Assembly (NCBI GenBank): GCA_047601445.1
Contig: JASGJH010000001.1
Coordinates: 8,800,001 to 8,864,000 of the forward strand
Direction of reading: 5' to 3'
DNA: 64,000 nt
From: Myxococcales bacterium
GTDB taxonomy: Bacteria > Myxococcota_A > Polyangia > Polyangiales > DASUME01
The notes beneath the pieces were generated by a model. The model was not told where the DNA came from, searched no databases, and worked only from the letters and a program-made list of their open reading frames with translations. The position numbers and the translations under genes are program-made. Positions 9,043 through 17,923 of the stretch are shown in pieces (position 1 is the stretch's first letter; each line of letters starts with the position of its first letter).

Positions 9043-10053
9043 ATGTTCGTTTCCAGGCTCATGGTTCAGGCGATGTTGGCAGAGCTTCAGGCCCGGGGGC
9101 TCAAGCCTAACAACTTGGTACCCGACTTCACACCTCTGCAGGGGGAGCAGCTTCCGACTGCGCCCGGCCTCCGAGGCCGCGAGATGGAGCTCCTGGTCGA
9201 GCGTGCCATTCGTCAGTCCGGTGACCAGTCACTCGGGTTGACCATGGGGCAGCGTACCCCCGAGACCATGCTGCATGTGCTCGGACACCTCTTGCTCACC
9301 TGTAGCACCGTCCGCGAGGCCTTCGCGGTCCTGCAACAGTACGCCACGCTGATGCTCGGCGGGGTCGAGTGGTACATGGCCGAGCGCGGGGCCGTGGCCG
9401 TGTTCGGCTTCTCCAAGCCGAGCGTGTCCGACGAGGCCGCACGCTTCTGGGGAGACTGGGTGCTGGCCTTCGCGCTGCGCGTCGGCCGTCAGTACGCCCG
9501 CGACCCCAAGGCCGCGCCCAACGAGGTCCACCTGGCCCACTCGGCGCCGACTTACGCCCAGGATTACGCCAAGGTTTTCGGCTGTCCCGTGCGCTTCGAC
9601 CAACCGAACTACGCCATCGTCTTCCCGCGCGCACTTCTGGACCGTCGCCAGCCCCATGCCGACCCCATGCTGTCGGCCGTGCTGCGCGAGACCGCGGACA
9701 ACCTGCACCGCCAGAGCACCGGGGCCAGCAGCTTTGCCGAGCGCGTGCGCCACGCCCTCCGCTATGAGCAAGACCTGGTCAACGTGGACTTCGATCGCCT
9801 GGCTTCCCGCTGGGGCATGACCCGACGTACCCTGCGTCGCCGTTTGAGCGCCGAGGGTCAATCTCTCTCCGACCTTCTCGACGAGGCTTGCTGTCGGCAG
9901 GCCAAGGAAGAGTTGCGCAGGCAGGACGAAAGCATCAAAGAGATCGCCGAACGGTTGGGCTACTCGGAGACCAGCGCCTTTCACCGCGCGTTCAAGCGCT
10001 GGACGGGCCAGACTCCCACCGAGTTCCGAGCCGTGGCCGCGGAAGCCGTCTGA
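9043..10053 (+). CDS. AraC family regulator (Arabinose_bd_2-type N-terminus)
   Basis: C-terminal double HTH MTRRTLRRRL...IAERLGYSETSAFHRAFKRWTGQTPTEFR; ATG 9043 follows GAGGTG. Confidence 0.92.
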   Translation: MFVSRLMVQAMLAELQARGLKPNNLVPDFTPLQGEQLPTAPGLRGREMELLVERAIRQSGDQSLGLTMGQRTPETMLHVLGHLLLTCSTVREAFAVLQQYATLMLGGVEWYMAERGAVAVFGFSKPSVSDEAARFWGDWVLAFALRVGRQYARDPKAAPNEVHLAHSAPTYAQDYAKVFGCPVRFDQPNYAIVFPRALLDRRQPHADPMLSAVLRETADNLHRQSTGASSFAERVRHALRYEQDLVNVDFDRLASRWGMTRRTLRRRLSAEGQSLSDLLDEACCRQAKEELRRQDESIKEIAERLGYSETSAFHRAFKRWTGQTPTEFRAVAAEAV

Positions 10054-10118
10054 GGCAACCGGGCGCGATGTCGGACCTAGCGCGTGCGGAGCACGCGCGT
10101 GTTGATGCAGGAGTCACG

Positions 10119-10862
10119 ATGCGTAAGACGATTCTGATCACCGGCGCGAGCTCTGGGCTCGGGGCCGGCATGGCGCGTGAGTATGCCAAGCTGGGCCGCG
10201 ACCTCGCGCTTTGCGCGCGTCGCACCGAGCGCCTGGAGGAGCTCAAAGCAGAGCTCCTGCGCAGCAACCCGAGCATCCGCGTGGTGCTGCGGCCCATCGA
10301 CGTGAACAACTACGAGCAGGTGTTCGAGGGCTTTCGCGCCTTCCAACAGGACCTCGGCTCCCTGGACCGCATCATCGTGAACGCGGGCCTAGGCAAGGGA
10401 CAGCCGCTCGGCACTGGCTTCTTCCATGCCAACCGTCAGACCGCGGAGACCAACTTCGTGGCGGCGCTGGCGCAGTGCGAAGCGGCCCTAGAGATCCTGC
10501 GCAAGCAGAACCAGGGCCACCTGGTGACCATCTCCTCGATGAGCGCCATGCGCGGGATGCCGCGCAACCTCACGACCTATGCCGCCACCAAGGCCGGCCT
10601 CGCCGCGCTCACCGAAGGCATCCGCGCCGACCTGATCAACACGCCGATCAAGGTCAGCACCATCTACCCCGGCTACATCCGCTCGGAGATCAACGAGAAG
10701 GTCAAGAGCACCCCCTTCATGGTCGATACCGAGACCGGCTGCCGCGCGCTGGTGAAGGCCATCGAGAAGGAGCGGCCTGAGGCCTACGTGCCCGGCTGGC
10801 CCTGGACGCCCATCGGCTTCCTGATGCGTCACTTGCCTTTGCGCATCGTCGCGAAGATGTGA
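10119..10862 (+). CDS. Short-chain dehydrogenase/reductase
   Basis: TGASSGLG, NAG, YAATK; AGGAG SD upstream of ATG 10119. Confidence 0.95.
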   Translation: MRKTILITGASSGLGAGMAREYAKLGRDLALCARRTERLEELKAELLRSNPSIRVVLRPIDVNNYEQVFEGFRAFQQDLGSLDRIIVNAGLGKGQPLGTGFFHANRQTAETNFVAALAQCEAALEILRKQNQGHLVTISSMSAMRGMPRNLTTYAATKAGLAALTEGIRADLINTPIKVSTIYPGYIRSEINEKVKSTPFMVDTETGCRALVKAIEKERPEAYVPGWPWTPIGFLMRHLPLRIVAKM

Positions 10863-10961
10863 CCAGGTCGCGCTGGTCGGGGGCGGGCTTCTTGAAAACC
10901 GCTTTCGACTGGCCTCGCCGCGCTCCCCCGCGGTTTCCGAAATAGCAAGAACCGACGGGCC

Positions 10962-11040
10962 CGTGAGCGAAGCGAACCTCGCGGTGGGGTGGCCCCGGCG
11001 CAGCTTTGCTGCGGCGGTCGGGGAGGGCGCGTGCCCCCCC
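10962..11040 (-). repeat. Structured ~80-nt intergenic repeat, copy 2
   Basis: Reverse complement reads GGGGGGC-ACGC-GCCCTCC...CGCAGC-AAA-GCTGCG...GCGA-GGT-TCGC-TTCGCTCACG. Confidence 0.9.
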
Positions 11041-11203
11041 GGATAATTGGCTTTGCCTTCCGAGCCTTGGGTGTACCTAACGCCTTGCGCACCGCGTTGG
11101 AGCGGCGGATAATTTTCGCCCCCCACCCGATGCGGCGTGGGGTCGACCACCAACCACAGCCGACCGCGCAAATGTTGCGCGCGAGCAAGAACAAGGGTGA
11201 GCC

Positions 11204-11791
11204 ATGGCTTTTGAACTTCCTCTGCTCCCGTATGCGAAGGACGCCCTCGCACCGCTCATGAGTGCGGAGACCTTCGAGTATCACTACGGCAAGCATCACC
11301 AGGCCTACGTGACCAATCTCAACGCTGCCATCGTCGGCACGCCCAACGAGAAGAAGAGCCTGGAGGAGATCATCCTCAGCAGCGACGGCCCGCTCTTCAA
11401 CAACTCCGCCCAGGTCTGGAATCACACGTTCTTCTGGAACTCCATGAAGCCCAAGGGCGGCGGCAAGCCGAGCGGCGATCTGGCTGCGGCCATCGACCGC
11501 GACTTCGGCGGCTTCGACAAGTTCCGCGAGCAGTTCGTGCAGGCGGCGGTGAAGCAGTTCGGCTCCGGCTGGGCCTGGCTCGTGAAGGAGGGCGACAAGC
11601 TCAAGATCACCAGCACGGCCAACGCCGATCTGCCCATGAAGCACAACCAGACGGCGCTCTTCACCGTGGATGTCTGGGAGCACGCTTACTACATCGACTA
11701 CCGCAACGCGCGGCAGAAGTTCGTGGAAGCCATCGTGGATAGCCTGGCCAACTGGGACTTCGTCTCCGAGAACCTCAAGAAGGCCAAGTAA
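11204..11791 (+). CDS. sodB: Superoxide dismutase [Fe]
   Basis: HYGKHHQAY, FNNSAQVWNH (Fe-type AQ), FGSGWAWL, DVWEHAYY. Confidence 0.95.
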   Translation: MAFELPLLPYAKDALAPLMSAETFEYHYGKHHQAYVTNLNAAIVGTPNEKKSLEEIILSSDGPLFNNSAQVWNHTFFWNSMKPKGGGKPSGDLAAAIDRDFGGFDKFREQFVQAAVKQFGSGWAWLVKEGDKLKITSTANADLPMKHNQTALFTVDVWEHAYYIDYRNARQKFVEAIVDSLANWDFVSENLKKAK

Positions 11792-11830
11792 GGGTCTTTG
11801 GCGAGTCGCGGGTTCGTCCCGAGACTCTGG

Positions 11831-11870
11831 CGCGCCCCCCGGCTCTGCCCGGCGGGCGCGTTTGTTTTTT
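11831..11870 (+). terminator. Rho-independent terminator after sodB
   Basis: CGCGCCC..CCGG/CCGG..GGGCGCG hairpin followed by TTTGTTTTTT. Confidence 0.75.
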
Positions 11871-11874
11871 CATC

Positions 11875-11953
11875 GGGGGGGCACGCGCCCTCCCGCCCGT
11901 CGCGGCAAAGCCGCGTCGGGGGCCCACCCACCGCGAGGTTCGCTGCGCTCACG
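11875..11953 (+). repeat. Structured ~80-nt intergenic repeat, copy 3
   Basis: GGGGGGC-ACGC-GCCCTCC...CGCGGC-AAA-GCCGCG...GCGA-GGT-TCGC-TGCGCTCACG. Confidence 0.9.
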
Positions 11954-12005
11954 CAGGTCGTTCCCCGGCACCCGGAGGGCCCGCCGCGTGTTATCAGAAG
12001 GGGAC

Positions 12006-13034
12006 ATGCCGTCTCGCTATCCGTTTTCGCCGTTCCCGGATGGTTGGTTCTTCGTCTGCTACTCGCACGAACTTCCCCGCGGAAAGCTGTTTTCCAAGAC
12101 CTTCATGGGCAAGGAGATCGTCGCCTACCGCGGGGCGGATGGTCAGGTGGCCGTCGCTGACGCCCACTGCCCCCACCTCGGGGCCCACATGGGCAAGGGC
12201 GGCTGCATCGAGAACGACGCCATCAAGTGTCCGTTCCACGGCTTTCGCTTCGACAGCCAGGGCAAGTGCGTAAGCACTCCTTATGGGGAGCCGCCCAAGA
12301 CCGCCAAGCTCAACACGTGGCCGGTCCACGAGACCAACGGCTTTATCTTCGCTCACTACGACGCCGAGGGGAGGGCGCCCAGCTGGCGCGTCCCCGAGCT
12401 CGACGACGCGGGTTGGGGCGAGCTGGTGACCAGGCGCTACCGCCTGCGCGGACATCCCCAGGAGACCACCGAGAACGGCGTGGACACGGCGCACTTGATG
12501 TCGGTCCACGGCTATCGCGAGGTCACCACGCTCGATCCGCTGCGCATCGAGGGGCCCTACCTCACGGGCTCCTATCGCATGCGTCGCTATGCCGGGCCGC
12601 TCGAGCTCCTGGGCATCCGCTTGGATCCGGAGTTCCGCGTGCACGTGTGGGGGCTCGGCTACTCGATGGTCGAGACCTACGTGGAGAAATACGGTCTGCG
12701 CGGGCGCCAATGGGTGTTCTCCACGCCGAGTGATGGCGAGTACATCGACCTCTACATTGCGCTGCGCGTGAGCCGCCTCGAACACCCCGAGCGCATCTTC
12801 CCCGGCGCCGAGCACGTGCCTCAGAGCGTCATCATGGCCGCGGTGCGCAAGGTGTTCATGCACGCCTTCGAGAACGACATCGGCCAGGACTTCACGATCT
12901 GGGAGAACAAGGCGTACATGCTGCGGCCCGCGATCGCGAAGAACGACGGACCCATCGGCCAGTACCGCCGCTACTGCAGGCAGTTCTATCCCGAGCTGCG
13001 CGTGAAGGACTCGGGCGCCAACGCTGCGCAGTGA
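12006..13034 (+). CDS. Rieske 2Fe-2S oxygenase (KshA/Neverland-like)
   Basis: CPHLGAH...CPFHG Rieske motif; ENGVDTAHLMSVH mononuclear Fe motif; C-terminal QDFTIWENK...DGPIGQYRRYCRQFY. Confidence 0.88.
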   Translation: MPSRYPFSPFPDGWFFVCYSHELPRGKLFSKTFMGKEIVAYRGADGQVAVADAHCPHLGAHMGKGGCIENDAIKCPFHGFRFDSQGKCVSTPYGEPPKTAKLNTWPVHETNGFIFAHYDAEGRAPSWRVPELDDAGWGELVTRRYRLRGHPQETTENGVDTAHLMSVHGYREVTTLDPLRIEGPYLTGSYRMRRYAGPLELLGIRLDPEFRVHVWGLGYSMVETYVEKYGLRGRQWVFSTPSDGEYIDLYIALRVSRLEHPERIFPGAEHVPQSVIMAAVRKVFMHAFENDIGQDFTIWENKAYMLRPAIAKNDGPIGQYRRYCRQFYPELRVKDSGANAAQ

Positions 13035-13073
13035 GGCCCTGAGACCAGCGGGCCCAGGCTGACCCGTCCGAGA

Positions 13074-13706
13074 TCAGCGCGCAGAGCTCAGCGTGTCCAC
13101 TAGCTGCTGGGGCGTGTCGACCAGGTGATCCGGGTTCTGGGCCAACAAAGCATCGCGCTGTGCATAGCCCCAGCCCACGGCGATGGAGCGCACGCCGGCA
13201 GCCCTGGCCGCGCTGATGTCTCGCACCTCGTCGCCGACATAGAACACCCGTGAGCCGTCGTAGCGAGCTCGCTTGATGAGCTGTTTGAGCGCCGCACCCT
13301 TGCCGAACATGCTGGCACTGCCTGCGATGTGCTGGAACATGCGCAAGTCTTGGGCGCGCAAGAAGGCCGCGATGTTGGGCTCGGAGTTGGTGGACAGGAT
13401 GCTGAAGCGGCAGCCGGTGAGCTCGAGCGCGCGCAGCGCGTCGACGATGCCATGAACGGGGCTGAGCTTGGCCACGTGCGCGCGCAGTGCGCGCCGCATG
13501 GTGTGGGCGAGGAAGGGCAGCTTCCAGAGGCTCACGTCGTGTTCGCGTAGGGCAGCGCGGCCACCCAGCGTGCGCAGGCGAGGGAGCTGACGGCGGTCGA
13601 TGGCCTTGACGCGAAAGCGGGGGGCGAGGCGGTTATATTCGTCGATCACCACATCGAGAGAATCGGCGAGCGTTCCGTCGAAGTCGAAGATAGCGATGGC
13701 AGGCAC
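13074..13706 (-). CDS. HAD-superfamily hydrolase (phosphoglycolate phosphatase-like)
   Basis: IFDFDGTLADS, LSTN, YVGDEVRD, VGWG; GTG start at 13706. Confidence 0.9.
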   Translation of the reverse strand: MPAIAIFDFDGTLADSLDVVIDEYNRLAPRFRVKAIDRRQLPRLRTLGGRAALREHDVSLWKLPFLAHTMRRALRAHVAKLSPVHGIVDALRALELTGCRFSILSTNSEPNIAAFLRAQDLRMFQHIAGSASMFGKGAALKQLIKRARYDGSRVFYVGDEVRDISAARAAGVRSIAVGWGYAQRDALLAQNPDHLVDTPQQLVDTLSSAR

Positions 13707-13754
13707 GTCTCGTGCGTAGCACGGCGAGCGCGCGGGGCCTCTGACACGGAGCGC

Positions 13755-13778
13755 AAAAAAAAAACGCAACCGTTGCGT
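13755..13778. promoter_or_regulatory. A10 tract plus perfect palindrome ACGCAAC-C-GTTGCGT upstream of the flp/tad operon
   Basis: Directly visible; function inferred. Confidence 0.45.
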
Positions 13779-13820
13779 GGTGCGGCCGATATCACCCGCA
13801 AAGCACGGCGAGTCGGACCG

Positions 13821-13875
13821 GTGAGCGCGTAGCGCGTGGTGCGCCGCGAGCTCGCCGCGAAGGCTCGCGCGTGGG
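13821..13875 (-). repeat. Possible degenerate fifth copy of the ~80-nt repeat
   Basis: Reverse complement contains CACGCG...TCGCGGCGAGCTCGCG...CACCACGCG.CTACGCGCTCAC in the same order as the consensus. Confidence 0.4.
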
Positions 13876-13903
13876 TGCGCTCGGACGCGCATGGGAGGAA
13901 GCG

Positions 13904-14143
13904 ATGGAAATGAGTATGGCCAATCAGCTCGGGCGCCTCGCTCGAGATAGGAGAGGGCTCTCCACGGTGGAGTACGTGCTGCTCCTGGTCTTGATCGCGG
14001 CGGGCAGCATCCGCGCGTGGCAGCAGTTCGGCAGTGCGCTCATCCAAAAGGTGGACGCTCAGAAGACCGCGATTCAGGGGCTGGGGTCCGGCGGAGGAGG
14101 TGGTGGTGGCCTGGGAGGCTTGCCGCTGCCCGGAGGCCCTTGA
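13904..14143 (+). CDS. flp: Flp family type IVc major pilin with Gly-rich tail
   Basis: RDRRG|LSTVEYVLLLVLIA Flp motif; GGAGG SD. Confidence 0.9.
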   Translation: MEMSMANQLGRLARDRRGLSTVEYVLLLVLIAAGSIRAWQQFGSALIQKVDAQKTAIQGLGSGGGGGGGLGGLPLPGGP

Positions 14144-14304
14144 AGAGGCTGGCGACCGAGCGGGGCTCGGTGTTCGCCGAGTATCTGGTGCTGCTCGTCA
14201 GCATCTCTCTGCCGCTGGCCGCGGCGACACTCGCCTTGGGCCCCGCCCTGGTGCGCCTCTATCGGACCCAGGTGGCGGTGCTCTTTCTGCCGCTCGCCTA
14301 CTGA
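14140..14304 (+). CDS. Second Flp-like pilin
   Basis: TTG overlapping the flp stop; ERG|SVFAEYLVLL prepilin motif followed by a hydrophobic helix. Confidence 0.75.
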   Translation: MKRLATERGSVFAEYLVLLVSISLPLAAATLALGPALVRLYRTQVAVLFLPLAY

Positions 14305-14355
14305 ACTCGTCACCCTTGCTCGGAGGCTCTCTCCCCGGAGCCTCAGGAGGCCCTC

Positions 14356-14877
14356 ATGCTCGTCGTCCCCTGGAGCCTCGCAGTGTGTGTGATCGCGTCC
14401 GCCGTGGCCGCGTTCACCGACCTGCGTTCCCGCACGATTCCCAACTGGCTCAGCTTGCCGTTGCCCTTGCTGGGCATCGTCGTGCACAGCGTCAGCCTGG
14501 GACTCGAAGGAATGTGGATCGCTTGTTTGGGTTGTCTGTTTTGCTTCGCCCCCGCGTACCTTCTCTTCGCACGCGGGGCTCTGGGGGGCGGCGACGTCAA
14601 GCTGTTCGCAGGACTGGGTGCCTTGCTTGGGCCACGCGAGGGGCTCGAGCTGCAGCTCGTCTCGTTCGTGCTCGTGGCGCTGTACGCGGTGTGGACGAGC
14701 GGCTGGCACGGACGGTTGTGGGCGCTCATGCGAGCTTCCGTACAGGCCTCGCTGCATCTGCTCGCACCGGCTCGCTTCACGCGCCCGGGCGGCCCTGAGC
14801 ATGCGAGCGTGGAGCTGCCGATGGGCGCCGCGATCCTGATGGCGGTGTTGCTGCTGTGCCTGAGGGCGTGGCCATGA
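14356..14877 (+). CDS. cpaA: Prepilin peptidase A24 (CpaA/TadV)
   Basis: AFTDLRSRTIPNWL and LGGGDVKL aspartate motifs; AGGAGG SD. Confidence 0.93.
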   Translation: MLVVPWSLAVCVIASAVAAFTDLRSRTIPNWLSLPLPLLGIVVHSVSLGLEGMWIACLGCLFCFAPAYLLFARGALGGGDVKLFAGLGALLGPREGLELQLVSFVLVALYAVWTSGWHGRLWALMRASVQASLHLLAPARFTRPGGPEHASVELPMGAAILMAVLLLCLRAWP

Positions 14878-15857
14878 CGACGCTGGTGACCAGGCTGGCT
14901 CCTTCGGTGAGCGGAGCGGTCTTCGCGGAGTTCCTGATCTCCTTCATGCCCTTCTTCATCTTGTTCGTGAGCGTCGTGCAACTCGCCACCATCGCCACGG
15001 CTCGCCAGGTGGTGCAGCACGCGGCCCTGCAAGCGGCGCGCGCTGCGGTGGTCACCATCGACGACGCCCCAGCTTTCTACGAGGACGGTAAGCGCAAGCA
15101 CCTCGAGACCAAGGGCAGCGGAAAGAGTCGCGATAGCACCAAGAAGGCCCTCGACATGATCGCCAAGGGCATCGGCCATCGGCCCACTGGACTGGGGGCG
15201 CGGGGCACCGAGCGCCTGAACCGGATCCGCAACGCCGCCTATCTCCCGTTGTCGGTGATTTCTCCCACGGCCGAGCAGGTCGCACGCTTCATTCCCGCGG
15301 CGAGCCTGATCAGTCCTTCGCTGGAGAACCGCAGTATCGCGGACGACCTCGGCGATTTGCCTGCGCTCCGCATGGTGGTGGGCTTCGGCGTCTATGCGCG
15401 GATGGCGGCAGCCATTACGTTTCCCGTCTCGCCAGGCGCGGACAAGCTGCGCGACTTCAACGACGCCGAGTTCAAGGACCGTGAACAGGTGACCGTGCGA
15501 GTCACATACCTGATGCCATGCAACATCCCGCTGGCGCGGGAGCTCCTTTGCGACTCCATGGTGGAACTCACGGGCCTCCCCGATCTCATCACAGGCATCA
15601 ACGCCGTCAACGCTGCGCACTCGGTGGACGACTGGGAGCGCGCATTCCGGCACCTGTTGCGCGTTCCCGGGGTGGTGGCGAGATTTTCCAGGGGCATGAA
15701 CGAGCTCGTGCGGGCCGAGTGGGCGGCGCTGCAGCTCCCACTGTGGCCGCAGCTGTCTGAGCGCTTCGTCATCGTCACCGGGGAGGCGTCGCTGCCGAAC
15801 CATGGCGCACCCTACAAATATCATTCCGAGCTCAAGAGCCAGAAGGGCACGCCATGA
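14874..15857 (+). CDS. TadE-like minor pilin
   Basis: SG|AVFAEFLISF...VVQHAALQAARAAVV. Confidence 0.85.
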   Translation: MTTLVTRLAPSVSGAVFAEFLISFMPFFILFVSVVQLATIATARQVVQHAALQAARAAVVTIDDAPAFYEDGKRKHLETKGSGKSRDSTKKALDMIAKGIGHRPTGLGARGTERLNRIRNAAYLPLSVISPTAEQVARFIPAASLISPSLENRSIADDLGDLPALRMVVGFGVYARMAAAITFPVSPGADKLRDFNDAEFKDREQVTVRVTYLMPCNIPLARELLCDSMVELTGLPDLITGINAVNAAHSVDDWERAFRHLLRVPGVVARFSRGMNELVRAEWAALQLPLWPQLSERFVIVTGEASLPNHGAPYKYHSELKSQKGTP

Positions 15858-17923
15858 CTCGCGTCGGAGCGCTGCAGCGGGACCGGCGAGGGGCAGCGTT
15901 GGTGTTCGGAATCTTCTTCGCGGTGTTCCTGGTGGCGTGTGTATTCAAGCTCCACGGACTGACCCAGGTCATCCTCTATCGCCAGGCGGTCCAGGATGCG
16001 GCTGACGCGTCGGCGTTTGCGGCCGCCGTGGTGAATGCGCGCGGAATGAACCTGATCGCGCTGATCAACATGACCATGGCCGCCGTGCTCTCGGTGCTGG
16101 TCGGGCTGCGGCTGGCCCAGACGCTGTGCGTGATCGGGCTCTCCCTCTGCGTCGCCTTGGCTTACCCGACGATGGGCAATTCTCTCGCCTATGTTCCGTC
16201 GCTCACGACCGCTACACGCAACCTCAAGAAGGTCACCAAGAAGGTGAAAAAGGTGGTGCCCAAGATCCTCGCGTCGCTGCACACGGCGGGCAAGGCCGTG
16301 TCCGTGGTCATCCCGCTCGGCGCCAACGCCCGTGTGCTCGAGGTGGCCATCCAACAGCACAATCAAAAGCTGGGCGTGGCGTTGCCGGGGCGCTTCACGC
16401 TGCCGGTGCAGGACGGGCAGTTCATCGATCTGTGTCGGCACGCGGGGCAGCTCGCGGGAGAGGTCGCCATGCTGCCCATTTCTCCCTTCGTGGGCGGCAA
16501 GGTCGAGGAGGGCATCGCCCATGCGGCCGGGGCGATCGCGCAAGCGGCTCCCGACTGGTTCTGCGGCAAGCAAGCCAAGGGCAAAAAGCCCGATCTGGAT
16601 CCAGGTGGCGCGTTCGATCCCATCGACTTGCCGGTGTTGCCACGGCAGAAAGCGTGCAACGACACCGTGGGCAAGTACCAGGCGGTCGACGAGCTGAGCG
16701 ACGAGCAGCAGGCCGAGGTGGATCAGACATGCGGCGCGGCAGCCGTGGAGTATTTGGCGTCTTCGCCGGGCCAAGACGGACGATCTCGCGACGGAGAGAG
16801 GCTGTGCCCCGTGGATTGCAAGACCAGGCCACGCTCGGCCTGTCCACCGAACGATGTGGAGTTGTGCGACCAAGCCCAGGCCATCGAAGTCGACGGTCAG
16901 GCCGCGCGCAGCGGTCAGTCCAGCATCGTTCCGGGAGGCTCGGCGAGTCCCTATGGTCAACGCTTGGGGCTCGCCCATGCGCAGTGCGACCCCGCGTCGC
17001 CGCACGGCTATGCGCTCGGTGGGTTTGCCTGGGTCGAGCAGCTGGTGACGTACCAATACGTTTGGGACCCGGCGCGTCGAGCATTCGTGCGCGACCCTGC
17101 CGTGCAGGTACTCCATCCCAAGACCGAGCTCGTTCGACTCAAGGACGAAGACCGCAGCCAGCCCTGCGGTCCTCACGGAGTGGTCGGTGATCCATACGGC
17201 ACAGACCCGACCAACGTATGCGAGGACGACGGACGCTGCTCGGACAGTTCGGGCACGGCGCTCTCGAGTGGACCCTGCGCTTCACCTTTCAACACCAAGA
17301 GCTACTGGCAGACCCATCGGCGCGTCGTGGGCATCCTGCGCTGCGTCGAGCTTCGCCCGCATCAAGAGGTCGAGACGCCCGATATCGATCTCGATCAGGA
17401 ACTCCAGAGCTCGAAGAAGAAGGGGCAGAACACTTCGCCCTTCGAGCTCGACAAGGACGCGTGGTTGGGTGGTAGCGACTTTCAGCTGCGCGCCATCGTG
17501 GTCGGGAACGACCCCGGGATCAGTGCCGGGCAACTCGTGGAGCTGGCGAGCTGGGGCGAAGACGCCGAACCACTCGACCAGGCGCTGAAGGAGATCCCCG
17601 AGCAGGTGGGCCGCCTGGGCTTGAGTCAGGGCGAATACTACTTCGACGTGGGCGAGTTCGGAGAGTACGCGGATCAGCAGAAGCAGGCGGATCGTGTCGA
17701 GTGGCTGTGGAACCAGGGCTGGGTCGCGCGCCTGCGCCCGTTCCGACTGAGCTACAAGAAAGCGGACGCACCACGCGCGAAGAAGCCCGCATACGATCCC
17801 GAGCAAGCGGCCTTTCGCGACCCCAATAAGCCTGCGATGCCCGAGCCGGGGCTCGGTGACTTCGCCGGCAAAGTAGGCTCGGATCAGCTGGAGAAATTGC
17901 TCGACCAGGGAGGCGGGCCATGA
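15854..17923 (+). CDS. Tad-domain (TadG-like) large minor pilin with Cys-rich C-terminal region
   Basis: RDRRG|AALVF...QAVQDAADASAFAAAVVNARGMNLIALIN. Confidence 0.85.
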   Translation: MTRVGALQRDRRGAALVFGIFFAVFLVACVFKLHGLTQVILYRQAVQDAADASAFAAAVVNARGMNLIALINMTMAAVLSVLVGLRLAQTLCVIGLSLCVALAYPTMGNSLAYVPSLTTATRNLKKVTKKVKKVVPKILASLHTAGKAVSVVIPLGANARVLEVAIQQHNQKLGVALPGRFTLPVQDGQFIDLCRHAGQLAGEVAMLPISPFVGGKVEEGIAHAAGAIAQAAPDWFCGKQAKGKKPDLDPGGAFDPIDLPVLPRQKACNDTVGKYQAVDELSDEQQAEVDQTCGAAAVEYLASSPGQDGRSRDGERLCPVDCKTRPRSACPPNDVELCDQAQAIEVDGQAARSGQSSIVPGGSASPYGQRLGLAHAQCDPASPHGYALGGFAWVEQLVTYQYVWDPARRAFVRDPAVQVLHPKTELVRLKDEDRSQPCGPHGVVGDPYGTDPTNVCEDDGRCSDSSGTALSSGPCASPFNTKSYWQTHRRVVGILRCVELRPHQEVETPDIDLDQELQSSKKKGQNTSPFELDKDAWLGGSDFQLRAIVVGNDPGISAGQLVELASWGEDAEPLDQALKEIPEQVGRLGLSQGEYYFDVGEFGEYADQQKQADRVEWLWNQGWVARLRPFRLSYKKADAPRAKKPAYDPEQAAFRDPNKPAMPEPGLGDFAGKVGSDQLEKLLDQGGGP

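Noticed and set aside
10962..11953. Composite transposon carrying sodB
   Set aside because: No transposase and no evident target-site duplication; kept only as an inverted-repeat observation.
11670..12005. N-terminal extension of the Rieske ORF
   Set aside because: It runs through the sodB end, terminator and repeat; ATG 12006 gives a normal N-terminus.
13780..13903. Sigma-54 promoter for flp
   Set aside because: No convincing TGGCAC-N5-TTGC (GG-N10-GC) match was found.
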